Of a DNA stretch of 64,000 bases, positions 1 through 7,832 are shown in pieces (position 1 is the stretch's first letter; each line of letters opens with the position of its first letter). A program made the translations under genes and the position numbers. The stretch is from an uncultured delta proteobacterium (GTDB lineage Bacteria; Myxococcota_A; UBA9160; SMWR01): assembly GCA_963832165.1 (NCBI GenBank), contig CAWHTE010000002.1, positions 384,001-448,000 on the forward strand, in the 5' to 3' direction. Under the pieces are notes generated by a model. The model worked only from the letters and a program-made list of their open reading frames with translations, ran no database searches and was not told the origin of the DNA.

Positions 1-133
1 CCACGGCGATCCATGCGCGCGTGGCGTGGCGGCTCCGCGGCGTGCGGTACAATTCTCCGTCCACCGAGTGCAGCCAGCTCACCGCCTCTTCGATCGTGAA
101 CGTTTCGGGGACTTCAGCGATGGCATCGGGCAC
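1..133 (-). CDS. Hypothetical protein, N-terminal part (runs off the left edge)
   Basis: GTG at 133 with GGAG 7 nt upstream; open frame VPDAIAEVPETFTIEEAVSWLHSVDGELYRTPRSRHATRAWIAV to the edge. Confidence 0.5.
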   Translation of the reverse strand, partial: MPDAIAEVPETFTIEEAVSWLHSVDGELYRTPRSRHATRAWIAV

Positions 134-260
134 GGCGGGACTCCAATGCCATGAGAGTGGCGACCGGACGGGTCTGTGTGTCGAGCAAGCGTTTCGCTCG
201 GACGGCAGCACGCCCGCAGCATGCCCGCAGGTCCACCCCCAGAGGCGCGGCCTCGCTGCG

Positions 261-1010
261 CTATTTCAGCGCTGCGGGCGGCGGCTCTTTTTCTTCGATC
301 GCGGCGGCGATCAGCCTGCGAACGCGCTCGGTCAGTGCGCCCACGTCTTCGCCCGCGAACGCCGCGTAGGGCAGCGGATCGAGCACGGTGACGCGGATCG
401 GGTGGCGGCCCTGGAGCACGAAGCCGCGCTTGGGCAGCGCGCGCGAGGTGCCCTCGATCGCGATCGGCAGGATCGGGCGCTTTGCCGCGAGCGCGATCTC
501 GAACGCGCCGGTCTTGAACGTGCGCATCCTGCCGTCGGGGGATCGCGTGCCTTCCGGGAACATCATGATCGAGGAGCCGTTCGCGAGAGCCTCCTGACAC
601 TGGCGCACCATCTGCACCACGCTCGCGCGGTCGCCGCGGCGCAGCTCGATGTAGTCGTTGAGCCGCATGTTCCAGCCGATGCACGGCACCCGGAAGTTCT
701 CGACCTTCGACACCCACTTGTAGTGCGTGAACAGCCGGAACAGCACGAGGATGTCGAGCAGCGAGAGATGGTTCGCGACCATCACGTAGGCTTCGTCGCG
801 CGCGATCTTCTCGCGGCCGATCACCGTGACGGGCCAGGCCGGGTTCGTCCAGGTGTAGAGCGATGCCCAGAAGCACGTGAACAGGTGCAGGATGCTCAGG
901 CGCGGATCGAACGGGCGCGTGACCGCCCAGACGACCACGGCGACCGGGAAGAGCGCGATCGACGTCACCGTGAGGAAGGCCCAGAACGCCGCCGAGTGTA
1001 CGACCCGCAT
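261..1010 (-). CDS. plsC: 1-acyl-sn-glycerol-3-phosphate (lysophospholipid) acyltransferase
   Basis: NHLSLLD (NHxxxxD) and FPEGTRS motifs; N-terminal hydrophobic helix. Confidence 0.88.
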   Translation of the reverse strand: MRVVHSAAFWAFLTVTSIALFPVAVVVWAVTRPFDPRLSILHLFTCFWASLYTWTNPAWPVTVIGREKIARDEAYVMVANHLSLLDILVLFRLFTHYKWVSKVENFRVPCIGWNMRLNDYIELRRGDRASVVQMVRQCQEALANGSSIMMFPEGTRSPDGRMRTFKTGAFEIALAAKRPILPIAIEGTSRALPKRGFVLQGRHPIRVTVLDPLPYAAFAGEDVGALTERVRRLIAAAIEEKEPPPAALK

Positions 1011-1018
1011 GGCACGAA

Positions 1019-1741
1019 TTATGATCCGTCACCAGCCGGTTTCACACCCGGCTGGCACGCGCGCACGAACGCGCCGAACAGCTGTTCGCGGTGGCCGGGA
1101 TCGAGCGATTCCGGGTGCCACTGCACGCCGATGGCGAAGCGCGCGCCCTGCAGCTCCACGGCCTCGGCGACGCCGTCTGCGCTGCGCGCGGTGATGCGCG
1201 CGCTGCCGGACGCCGCGACCGCCTGGTGGTGCCGGCTGTTCACGGGCACGCGTTCCGCGCCGAGCACACTGCGCAGCCGGCTCCCGGTCTCGACGCGGAT
1301 CTCGTGCCGAGCGCCCGGATCGCCGAGGTGGTGATCGGCCGCGCCGGGTACATCGGTGGCGACGTCGAAGTGCAACGCGCCGCCGCAGTGGATCGCGAGC
1401 AGCTGCATCCCGTAGCAGACGCCGAGCACGGGGCGGTCGCGTTCGAGCGCCGCCGCGAGCAGCGCCCGGTCGAACGCGAGCTGGCGTTCGGGCACGACGT
1501 CGAACGACACATCGGCGGGATACGCGCGATCGGGTGCGAAGTCTCCGCCGCCCGGCACGAGCAGTCCGTCGAGCCGTTCGGCGAGCGCCGCGACGTCGTC
1601 CTGCTGCGGGAGATAGACCGGGGTGCCGCCGGCCTCGGCTACTGCGCGCGCGTAGGCGGCATCGGCGTAGTGATATTCGCGAGCGGGACGCCAGCGGCCC
1701 CGATCGTCGAGACACGGCGGAATGCCGATGAGCGGCCGCAT
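1019..1741 (-). CDS. Gamma-glutamyl-gamma-aminobutyrate hydrolase family (peptidase C26, PuuD-like class I glutamine amidotransferase)
   Basis: RPLIGI start, GGGD, GVCYGMQ nucleophile, VNSRHHQA, GVQWHPE. Confidence 0.88.
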   Translation of the reverse strand: MRPLIGIPPCLDDRGRWRPAREYHYADAAYARAVAEAGGTPVYLPQQDDVAALAERLDGLLVPGGGDFAPDRAYPADVSFDVVPERQLAFDRALLAAALERDRPVLGVCYGMQLLAIHCGGALHFDVATDVPGAADHHLGDPGARHEIRVETGSRLRSVLGAERVPVNSRHHQAVAASGSARITARSADGVAEAVELQGARFAIGVQWHPESLDPGHREQLFGAFVRACQPGVKPAGDGS

Positions 1742-1787
1742 CGCGCGAAGTATACCTTCGCGCCGCGATGAATCGGACTGCACGATC

Positions 1788-2642
1788 ATGTCGAACCTGC
1801 TGATCGCCGGATGCGGGTATGTCGGAGGCGCGCTCGCGCGGGTCCGCGTCTCGCGCGGCGACAACGTGTACGGTCTGCGCCGCAACCCGGTCGACCTCCC
1901 CTCCGGCGTCGTGCCGATCTCGGCGGATCTCGCCGTGCCGCGCTCGCTCGCGGATCTGCCGCCCGTGATCGACGTGGTGGTGTATGCGGCGTCGCCGGGC
2001 GGGCGCGATGACGCGTTCTACCGCACCACCTACGTCGAGGGCCTGCGCAACCTGCTTGCGGCGTTCCGGGCGCAGGGACAGAAGCCGCACCGGATCGTCT
2101 TCGTGTCGAGCACAGCGGTGTACGGCCAGACCCGCGGCGAGTGGGTCGACGAGACGTCGGAGACGGAGCCGTCGCACTTTTCGGGACAGCGTCTGCTCGA
2201 GGCCGAGGCGCTGCTGCGCGCGAGCGGACTGCCCGCGGTGGTCCTGCGGCTCGGCGGCATCTACGGACCGAAGCGCACGCGCCTGGTCGAGGAAGTGCGC
2301 CAGGGCCATGCGCGCATCGCGCGCGGCGGGCCGCGCTACACCAATCGCATCCACCGCGACGACTGCGTGGGTGCGCTCGATCACCTGATCGAGCACGCCG
2401 ATCCCGCGGACTGCTACCTGGGCGTCGACTGCGAGCCCGAAGACGAGGCGGTGGTGCTGCGCTGGATCGCGGGCACGCTCGGCGTGGTGGAGCCGATCGT
2501 CGCGGCGGCCGACGAGCGCCGCAAAGAGGTGCGCGGAGGCAGCAAGCGCTGTCGCAACGCGCGGCTCGTGACGTCGGGCTATGCATTCCGCTACCCGAGC
2601 TATCGCGAGGGATACACCGCCGTGCTCGCGGAGCGCCGCTGA
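1788..2642 (+). CDS. NAD-dependent epimerase/dehydratase (YeeZ-like atypical SDR)
   Basis: LIAGCGYVG Rossmann motif, SSTAVYG, LRLGGIYGP, NRIHRDD, FRYPSYREG. Confidence 0.88.
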   Translation: MSNLLIAGCGYVGGALARVRVSRGDNVYGLRRNPVDLPSGVVPISADLAVPRSLADLPPVIDVVVYAASPGGRDDAFYRTTYVEGLRNLLAAFRAQGQKPHRIVFVSSTAVYGQTRGEWVDETSETEPSHFSGQRLLEAEALLRASGLPAVVLRLGGIYGPKRTRLVEEVRQGHARIARGGPRYTNRIHRDDCVGALDHLIEHADPADCYLGVDCEPEDEAVVLRWIAGTLGVVEPIVAAADERRKEVRGGSKRCRNARLVTSGYAFRYPSYREGYTAVLAERR

Positions 2643-3790
2643 TGCCGCGGCCGCCGCGCTTCGCCCCGAGCACCGAAGCGATGCCGGGCGCCGTGTTCTC
2701 GCCGATCGCGGGCCGCATGCGCGAGGTGCCTGGCGGCGTGTGCCCGCTCCACATCGGCGACACCTGGATGGAGCCGTTCACGGGCGGCCGCATGCAGGAC
2801 CTCTCCGAGGCGGACCACCCGGGCCTGCACCGCTACTGCGAGACGCGCGGCGTTCCCGCGCTGATCGAAGCGGTGGTCGAGAAGGTGCGCGCGAAGAACG
2901 CCCTGCGCTGCGAGCCCGAGAACGTGCTGATCACCTCGGGCGCGACCGGCGCGCTGTGCGCGGCGATCGGTGCGATCACGAGCCCCGGCGACGAAGTGCT
3001 GATCCTCGCGCCCTTCTGGCCGCTGATCCGCGGGATCGTCGGCGCGTTTCGCGCGGATCCCGTCGAGGTGCCGTTCTACGACCGCGTCGCGAACGCGGAC
3101 GAGGCGGTCGCGGCGGTCGCCGCGCAGACTTCTGCGCGCACGGCCGCGCTCTACGTATCGTCTCCGTCGAATCCCACCGGACGCTTGTTGCCGGAGTCGT
3201 GGCTCGACGCACTGGCCGAATGGGCCGAGCGCGAGGGCGTGTGGCTGATCTCCGACGAGGTCTACGAGGACTTCGTCTACCGCGGTGCGCACATCTCGAC
3301 CGCGCGTTTCCGTCCCGAGCGCACGCTCACGGTGTTCTCGTTCTCGAAGGCCTACGGCATGGCCGGAAACCGCACGGGCTATCTGGTGGGTCCCGCGGCG
3401 GCGATCACACAGGCACAGAAGATCTCCACCCATACCTCCTACGCCGCGCCCACGTCGGGGCAGATCGCGGGGCTGCGCGCGCTGCGCGACGGCGCCGCGT
3501 GGATCGCGCGCGCGCGCGCGTGCTACGAGGAGGTCGGGCGCGGAGCGGCCGAGCGTCTCGGCGTTCCCGCGCCCGAGGGCTCGACGTTCTTGTTCCTCGA
3601 CGTATCCCACCGGCTCGACGAGCGCGGCATCTGGGGCTTTCTCGAGGACTGTGTCGCCGAAGGCGTCGCGCTCGCGCCCGGACCCTCGTGCGGCCGCGAC
3701 TACGAGCGCTGGGTGAGGCTCTGCTACACGTCGGCGCCGCCCGATCAGGTGCTCGCCGCGGTGGATCGCCTCGCGCCGCGACTGCGCTGA
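2642..3790 (+). CDS. PLP-dependent aminotransferase class I/II
   Basis: SPSNPTG, SDEVYE, SFSKAYGMAGNRTGY (PLP lysine); TGATG coupling to the upstream gene. Confidence 0.9.
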   Translation: MPRPPRFAPSTEAMPGAVFSPIAGRMREVPGGVCPLHIGDTWMEPFTGGRMQDLSEADHPGLHRYCETRGVPALIEAVVEKVRAKNALRCEPENVLITSGATGALCAAIGAITSPGDEVLILAPFWPLIRGIVGAFRADPVEVPFYDRVANADEAVAAVAAQTSARTAALYVSSPSNPTGRLLPESWLDALAEWAEREGVWLISDEVYEDFVYRGAHISTARFRPERTLTVFSFSKAYGMAGNRTGYLVGPAAAITQAQKISTHTSYAAPTSGQIAGLRALRDGAAWIARARACYEEVGRGAAERLGVPAPEGSTFLFLDVSHRLDERGIWGFLEDCVAEGVALAPGPSCGRDYERWVRLCYTSAPPDQVLAAVDRLAPRLR

Positions 3791-4377
3791 GGGCCGAGTC
3801 CGTCGAGCATCGCTTCGATCGCGAGCGCCCAGCGCCGCTCGACCGATGCCTTCGAGGTGCCGAGCCAGCCGGCGATCTCGGTGGCGGCGAGGCCCTGCAC
3901 GAGCGCGACCAGCGCGTGCGCGACGTCGGTCTCGTCGCCGGCGAGGCGCCCTGCATCGATGCAGCGCCGGACCTGGCCGACGATCAGCTCGCGCACCGCA
4001 CTTCCGGCCTCGAGCTCCGCCGGGCCCGGGTCGAAGTCGGCGAAGCGCCGCAGGAACATCAGCTCGGCGAGGATCGGGTGTTCGCGGATGAATCCGCGGA
4101 ACGCCTGGAGCAGGCGCGCGAGATCGGCGCGCGGATCGGCCGTCTCCGCGAGCTCGTCGAAGCGCCGCCGCAGCATCCGGAAGCCCTCGAAGAAGATCTC
4201 GCGGACCAGCCCGCTCTTGTCGCCGAACAGTTCGTAGACGGCGGGCGTCGAGGTCTGTGCGTGCTGGGCGACCCTTCGCGTCGTGAGCTCTGTGGCTCCC
4301 TCGCTCGTGAGCAACGCCACCGCGGCGCGCAGTACACGGTCGCGCAGCTCCGGAGTGCGCTGCTTCGGCCTCGGCAC
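3745..4377 (-). CDS. TetR/AcrR family transcriptional regulator
   Basis: N-terminal HTH LTTRRVAQHAQTSTPAVYELFGDKSGL; GTG start just after the upstream gene's stop. Confidence 0.88.
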   Translation of the reverse strand: MPRPKQRTPELRDRVLRAAVALLTSEGATELTTRRVAQHAQTSTPAVYELFGDKSGLVREIFFEGFRMLRRRFDELAETADPRADLARLLQAFRGFIREHPILAELMFLRRFADFDPGPAELEAGSAVRELIVGQVRRCIDAGRLAGDETDVAHALVALVQGLAATEIAGWLGTSKASVERRWALAIEAMLDGLGPQRSRGARRSTAAST

Positions 4378-4382
4378 CGCCC

Positions 4383-5078
4383 CTACGCCACGAGCGCCGC
4401 GGCCATGTCGGCCTCGATCGCGCTGCGAATCGCGCGCAGCGCGTGGTCGCGCGCGCGCAGCTTGCTCGCGGCGTGCACGTCGCGATCGAGCCGCGCGAGC
4501 TGCGCGGCGACCTCGTGCGCGCTGTGCTCGACGTCGACGGCGGGCACGACGCGGTCGAGGAATCCGGCCGCGACGGCATCCTCGGGCGCGTACATCTCCG
4601 CGAGCGCGACGGCGCGATGGAAGTGCGCGGGCGCGAGGCGCTGCCGGCAGATCTCGACGCCGAAGCGCGGCATCGTGATGCCGATCGCGACCTCGTTCGC
4701 GCCGATCCGGTGCGCACCCAGTGCGCCGATCCGGTAGTCGCCCGCGAGCACGAGGAATACGCCCATCGCGATCGCGTGGCCCGTGCACGCGATCACGACC
4801 GGCGACGGAAACGCGAGGATCCGCTCCGCGAGCTCGAAGCCCGTGCGAACGAGCGCATTCGACTCGGCGCCGCCCGCGCGCAGCACGCGCAGGTCGAATC
4901 CGGCCGAGAAGACGCCCGGCCTGCCGCAGAGCACCACCACGGCGCGATCGGACTTCGCGCGATCGAACGCGGCGCCGAGCTCGGCGAACAGGTCGATCGA
5001 GAGCGCGTTGACCTTGCCGTCGTCCATGCGGATCTCGGCGATGGAATCCCGCAGCTGATAGGTGACGCGATCGGCCAT
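4383..5078 (-). CDS. Crotonase/enoyl-CoA hydratase family protein
   Basis: MDDGKVNAL, FSAGFDL, TGHAIAMG, GANEVAIG. Confidence 0.9.
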   Translation of the reverse strand: MADRVTYQLRDSIAEIRMDDGKVNALSIDLFAELGAAFDRAKSDRAVVVLCGRPGVFSAGFDLRVLRAGGAESNALVRTGFELAERILAFPSPVVIACTGHAIAMGVFLVLAGDYRIGALGAHRIGANEVAIGITMPRFGVEICRQRLAPAHFHRAVALAEMYAPEDAVAAGFLDRVVPAVDVEHSAHEVAAQLARLDRDVHAASKLRARDHALRAIRSAIEADMAAALVA

Positions 5079-5099
5079 GTTCTCTGCTCCCGTCGGGCG

Positions 5100-5153
5100 C
5101 GTATCGAAACGTTGTTACGAAACGACGATACGATTCGGGTGGGCCGCCGTCAA
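5100..5153 (-). promoter_or_regulatory. Sigma70-type promoter (TTGACG-N17-TATCGT) with overlapping candidate TetR operator
   Basis: -35 at 5148-5153, -10 at 5125-5130; inverted arms CGTATCG (5100-5106) and CGATACG (5126-5132) enclose two CGAAACG direct repeats. Confidence 0.6.
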
Positions 5154-5173
5154 GCACGCGAATCCCCAGCGGA

Positions 5174-5608
5174 TCAGCGCGCGGGCAGCGCCTCGAGCCA
5201 CGCGCACCACTCGCTCGGCAGCCCGTGTGCGCGCGCGCCCTCCACGATCCGCTGCTTGTACGCGGCCGCGGCCACCGGATCGGCCGTCTGCAGGTCCGAG
5301 CGATAGGTCTGCACCGATTCGCGCCGCGCGTCGAGCACGACCTCGATCTCGATCCGCTCGTAGTCGCGCTCGAACGCGTCGAGGCGCGGCCAGTCGTCGG
5401 GATCGAGCGCGTACACGGCGCCCCACACGACGCCGCCGGAGTCGGGGTGGATGTTGGCCTTCGCAGTGCCGTCTCTTCCGCGTTTGTCGAGCCGCAGCGT
5501 GAACCCGGGCGCGTGTGCGGCGCCCCGCGCGAGCGCGTACGGCGCGCGCTCGCGCAGCCGGTCCGCGCAGAGATTGGATCCGTACGCGAAGTAGAGGTTC
5601 GAGCTCAT
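5174..5608 (-). CDS. Gamma-glutamylcyclotransferase family protein
   Basis: YFAYGSNL, VWGAVY, LDAFE, Y..RIVEGARAHGLP motifs. Confidence 0.85.
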   Translation of the reverse strand: MSSNLYFAYGSNLCADRLRERAPYALARGAAHAPGFTLRLDKRGRDGTAKANIHPDSGGVVWGAVYALDPDDWPRLDAFERDYERIEIEVVLDARRESVQTYRSDLQTADPVAAAAYKQRIVEGARAHGLPSEWCAWLEALPAR

Positions 5609-5665
5609 CGGGGGGGCACTCGGGTTTCGCGGCGTTACTCTACCGGCCCATTCTAGGAGGCGGCG

Positions 5666-6322
5666 GTGTTCGCGAAACGAAGTCTGGCGGTGATCTGCGT
5701 CGCGAGCTTGCTCGCGGTGGCGGCCTACGCGGAGGGAAACAAGATGGCGGGACTCGCGGCAATTCAGCGCTACATCGAGCAACAGAAGATCGACAAGAAC
5801 AAGCCCGGCTGGAAGCTCAAGTTGCCCAAGCCGCCGCCCGACGCGGACTTCAAGGGCGTGAAAGTCACCTGGAAGCTCGAGACCAACGTCGGAGACATCT
5901 CGATCCAGCTGATGCCCGACGTCGCTCCGAAGCACGTCACCAGCACCGTCTATCTCACGCGGCTCGGCTTCTACGACGACACGCCGTTCCACCGCGTGAT
6001 CCCCGGGTTCATGGCGCAGGGTGGCGATCCGACCGGCCGCGGCACCGGCGGCCCGGGCTATCAGTACGCGGGCGAGTTCGACCCCAAGCTGAAGCACACC
6101 AAGGGCGGGCTGCTCAGCATGGCGAACGCGGGACCGAACACCGACGGCAGCCAGTTCTTCCTCACGTTCGTGGCCACGCCTTGGCTCGACGGCAAGCACA
6201 CGATCTTCGGCGAGGTCACCTCGGGCATGGATACGCTGAAGAAGCTCGAGGAGAAGGGGACGCAGGGCGGTCAGCCGACCGCGGCGCTCAAGATCGTGAA
6301 GGCGACGATCGAGGTCGAGTAG
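5666..6322 (+). CDS. Cyclophilin-type peptidyl-prolyl isomerase with signal peptide
   Basis: FHRVIPGFMAQGGDP, LSMANAGPNTDGSQFF, WLDGKHTIFG; AGGAGG RBS. Confidence 0.93.
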   Translation: MFAKRSLAVICVASLLAVAAYAEGNKMAGLAAIQRYIEQQKIDKNKPGWKLKLPKPPPDADFKGVKVTWKLETNVGDISIQLMPDVAPKHVTSTVYLTRLGFYDDTPFHRVIPGFMAQGGDPTGRGTGGPGYQYAGEFDPKLKHTKGGLLSMANAGPNTDGSQFFLTFVATPWLDGKHTIFGEVTSGMDTLKKLEEKGTQGGQPTAALKIVKATIEVE

Positions 6323-6329
6323 GGCTTCG

Positions 6330-6887
6330 CTAAGCGAACTTCTGCTCGAGCACCGCGATCACGCGCTTCTCCGCGTCGGAGATGCTCGCAATGCCGAGGA
6401 TCCCGCCCGCGGCCTGCGCGACTTTGCGCGCGCGCTCGACGATCTCTTCGCGAAGCGTGGTGCGCTCCTCGCGGCTGAGCTTCGCCACGAGACCGGTCGC
6501 GTAGGCGTCCCACGCGACGAACAGCGCACCGGGCGGCTGCGCATCGAGCCAGCTCTCGAGCATCTCGCGGCTCGGAGAGCCGGGCTCGATGCCGTGCCGG
6601 ACGGCCGCGGTGAGGATCGCGTCGCGCTCGCGGCGCGACATCGCACCGTCGGCCCACGCCACCTCGACGAGCGGCACGAGCGAGAGCGCGACCCAGCTCG
6701 CTGAATCGAGGCCGAGATCCACCAGCTTGGCGATCACCTCGGGGTCTCGGATCAGCGACACGCGCGCGAGGTCTTCACCGCGCTGCTTCTCGCGCTGTGA
6801 ACGCATGCCCTCGAGCGCGGAATTCCGCTTCGCGAAGAACGCCGCTTCGAGTGACTTCCGCTCTGCGCCGAGAGTCTCGGCCGACAT
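6330..6887 (-). CDS. Conserved hypothetical protein, TerB-like fold likely
   Basis: PLVEVAWADG...ERDAIL and VAQAAGGILG..ISDAEKRVI resemble TerB-like repeats. Confidence 0.65.
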   Translation of the reverse strand: MSAETLGAERKSLEAAFFAKRNSALEGMRSQREKQRGEDLARVSLIRDPEVIAKLVDLGLDSASWVALSLVPLVEVAWADGAMSRRERDAILTAAVRHGIEPGSPSREMLESWLDAQPPGALFVAWDAYATGLVAKLSREERTTLREEIVERARKVAQAAGGILGIASISDAEKRVIAVLEQKFA

Positions 6888-6906
6888 GGCGTGCGGTGAC
6901 TCCAGC

Positions 6907-7377
6907 TCAGTCGTGAATCTGCTCGGCGAGATACTGTTCTTTGCCGATCTCTTTCACGATGTGGAGCTGCGCCTCGAGCCAGTCGGCGCCCTCCTCTTCA
7001 CCCGTGAGAATCTCGACGAGAAGCTCGCGCGAGCCGTTGTCGCCTTTGTCGCGGCATAGCGCGATGCCGGCGTTCAACCGCTTGATCGCCTCGGTCTCGA
7101 GCACGAGGTCGAGGCGGTGCTGCTCGACGGGATCCTCACCCACGCGCACCGGGTTCAGGCGCTGCACGTTCGGAATCCCCTCGAGATAGAGGATGCGCTC
7201 GATCAGCTTGTCGGCGTCCTTCATCTCGCCGATCGACTCTTCGTACTTCTTCTTGGCGAGGCGCTGATAGCCCCAGTTCTCGCACATCTTGTGGTGGATG
7301 AAGTACTGGTTGATCGCGGTGAGCTCCGCGGTCAACACGTCGTTGAGCACTTCGATCACGGCCGGATCGCCTTGCAT
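6907..7377 (-). CDS. bfr: Bacterioferritin
   Basis: LNDVLTAELTAINQYFIH, ESIGEMKDAD.LIERILYLEG.PN, QYLAEQ. Confidence 0.95.
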   Translation of the reverse strand: MQGDPAVIEVLNDVLTAELTAINQYFIHHKMCENWGYQRLAKKKYEESIGEMKDADKLIERILYLEGIPNVQRLNPVRVGEDPVEQHRLDLVLETEAIKRLNAGIALCRDKGDNGSRELLVEILTGEEEGADWLEAQLHIVKEIGKEQYLAEQIHD

Positions 7378-7404
7378 GCCGCTCTCCCGTTGCGTCTGCG
7401 CGCA

Positions 7405-7460
7405 AGGCTAACGGCGATCGGCGAGCGTCCCCACCCAAACGAAAACGAAAATGAAAGTCG
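7405..7460 (-). promoter_or_regulatory. bfr promoter (-10 TAGCCT, poor -35) with upstream Fur-like hexamer array
   Basis: -10 at 7405-7410; GAAAAC GAAAAT GAAAGT at 7441-7458 resembles GATAAT hexamers. Confidence 0.5.
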
Positions 7461-7473
7461 CGAAGCCCAGCGG

Positions 7474-7686
7474 CTAGCTGGCGGCGGCGACCGCGAGCTC
7501 GGTGTGGTCGGTTGCGGCGGCCCGCGCCGTCTCGTGCGCGATCAACTCTTTCACCATCGGAATGCAGCCGCCGCAGTTCCGCCCCGCGTGGCACGCGAGC
7601 GCGACCTCGCGCGGCGAGTGCGCCCCGCGCCGGATCACTTCACGGATCGCGCGGTCGCTCAGGGCCCGGCAGTGGCAGACGATCAT
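7474..7686 (-). CDS. bfd: Bacterioferritin-associated [2Fe-2S] ferredoxin
   Basis: MIVCHCRALSD...CGGC; immediately upstream of bfr. Confidence 0.92.
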   Translation of the reverse strand: MIVCHCRALSDRAIREVIRRGAHSPREVALACHAGRNCGGCIPMVKELIAHETARAAATDHTELAVAAAS

Positions 7687-7726
7687 CGGGAGACTCTCCG
7701 CAGGCCCTGGTATCGGGCGACATTGC

Positions 7727-7765
7727 ACCCTACCACAGCTGAAAATGAAGTTCAAAATCGTTTTC
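7727..7765 (-). promoter_or_regulatory. bfd promoter (TTGAAC-N17-TAGGGT) overlapped by a Fur-box-like operator
   Basis: -35 at 7750-7755, -10 at 7727-7732; GAAAATGAAGTTCAAAATC (7741-7759) matches 13/19 of the GATAATGATAATCATTATC consensus. Confidence 0.65.
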
Positions 7766-7793
7766 GCTTCCGCGGGAGGGACCCCTGGCTCGA

Positions 7794-7827
7794 ATTTAGG
7801 AATTTATTCAATTAAATCAGACATTTG
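7794..7827. promoter_or_regulatory. AT-rich tract with IHF-like site
   Basis: AATCAGACATTTG (7815-7827) fits WATCARnnnnTTR and follows an A/T run. Confidence 0.4.
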
Positions 7828-7832
7828 AGCGT

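Noticed and set aside
3745..5157. Apparent 470-aa TetR and similar long N-terminal extensions (AddA, AsnS, ALDH, radical SAM)
   Set aside because: The extensions overlap upstream genes in another frame; true starts are downstream.
6319..6340. GTAGGGC plus a small hairpin as a REP remnant
   Set aside because: Only 7 nt match and it overlaps two stop codons; chance is likely.
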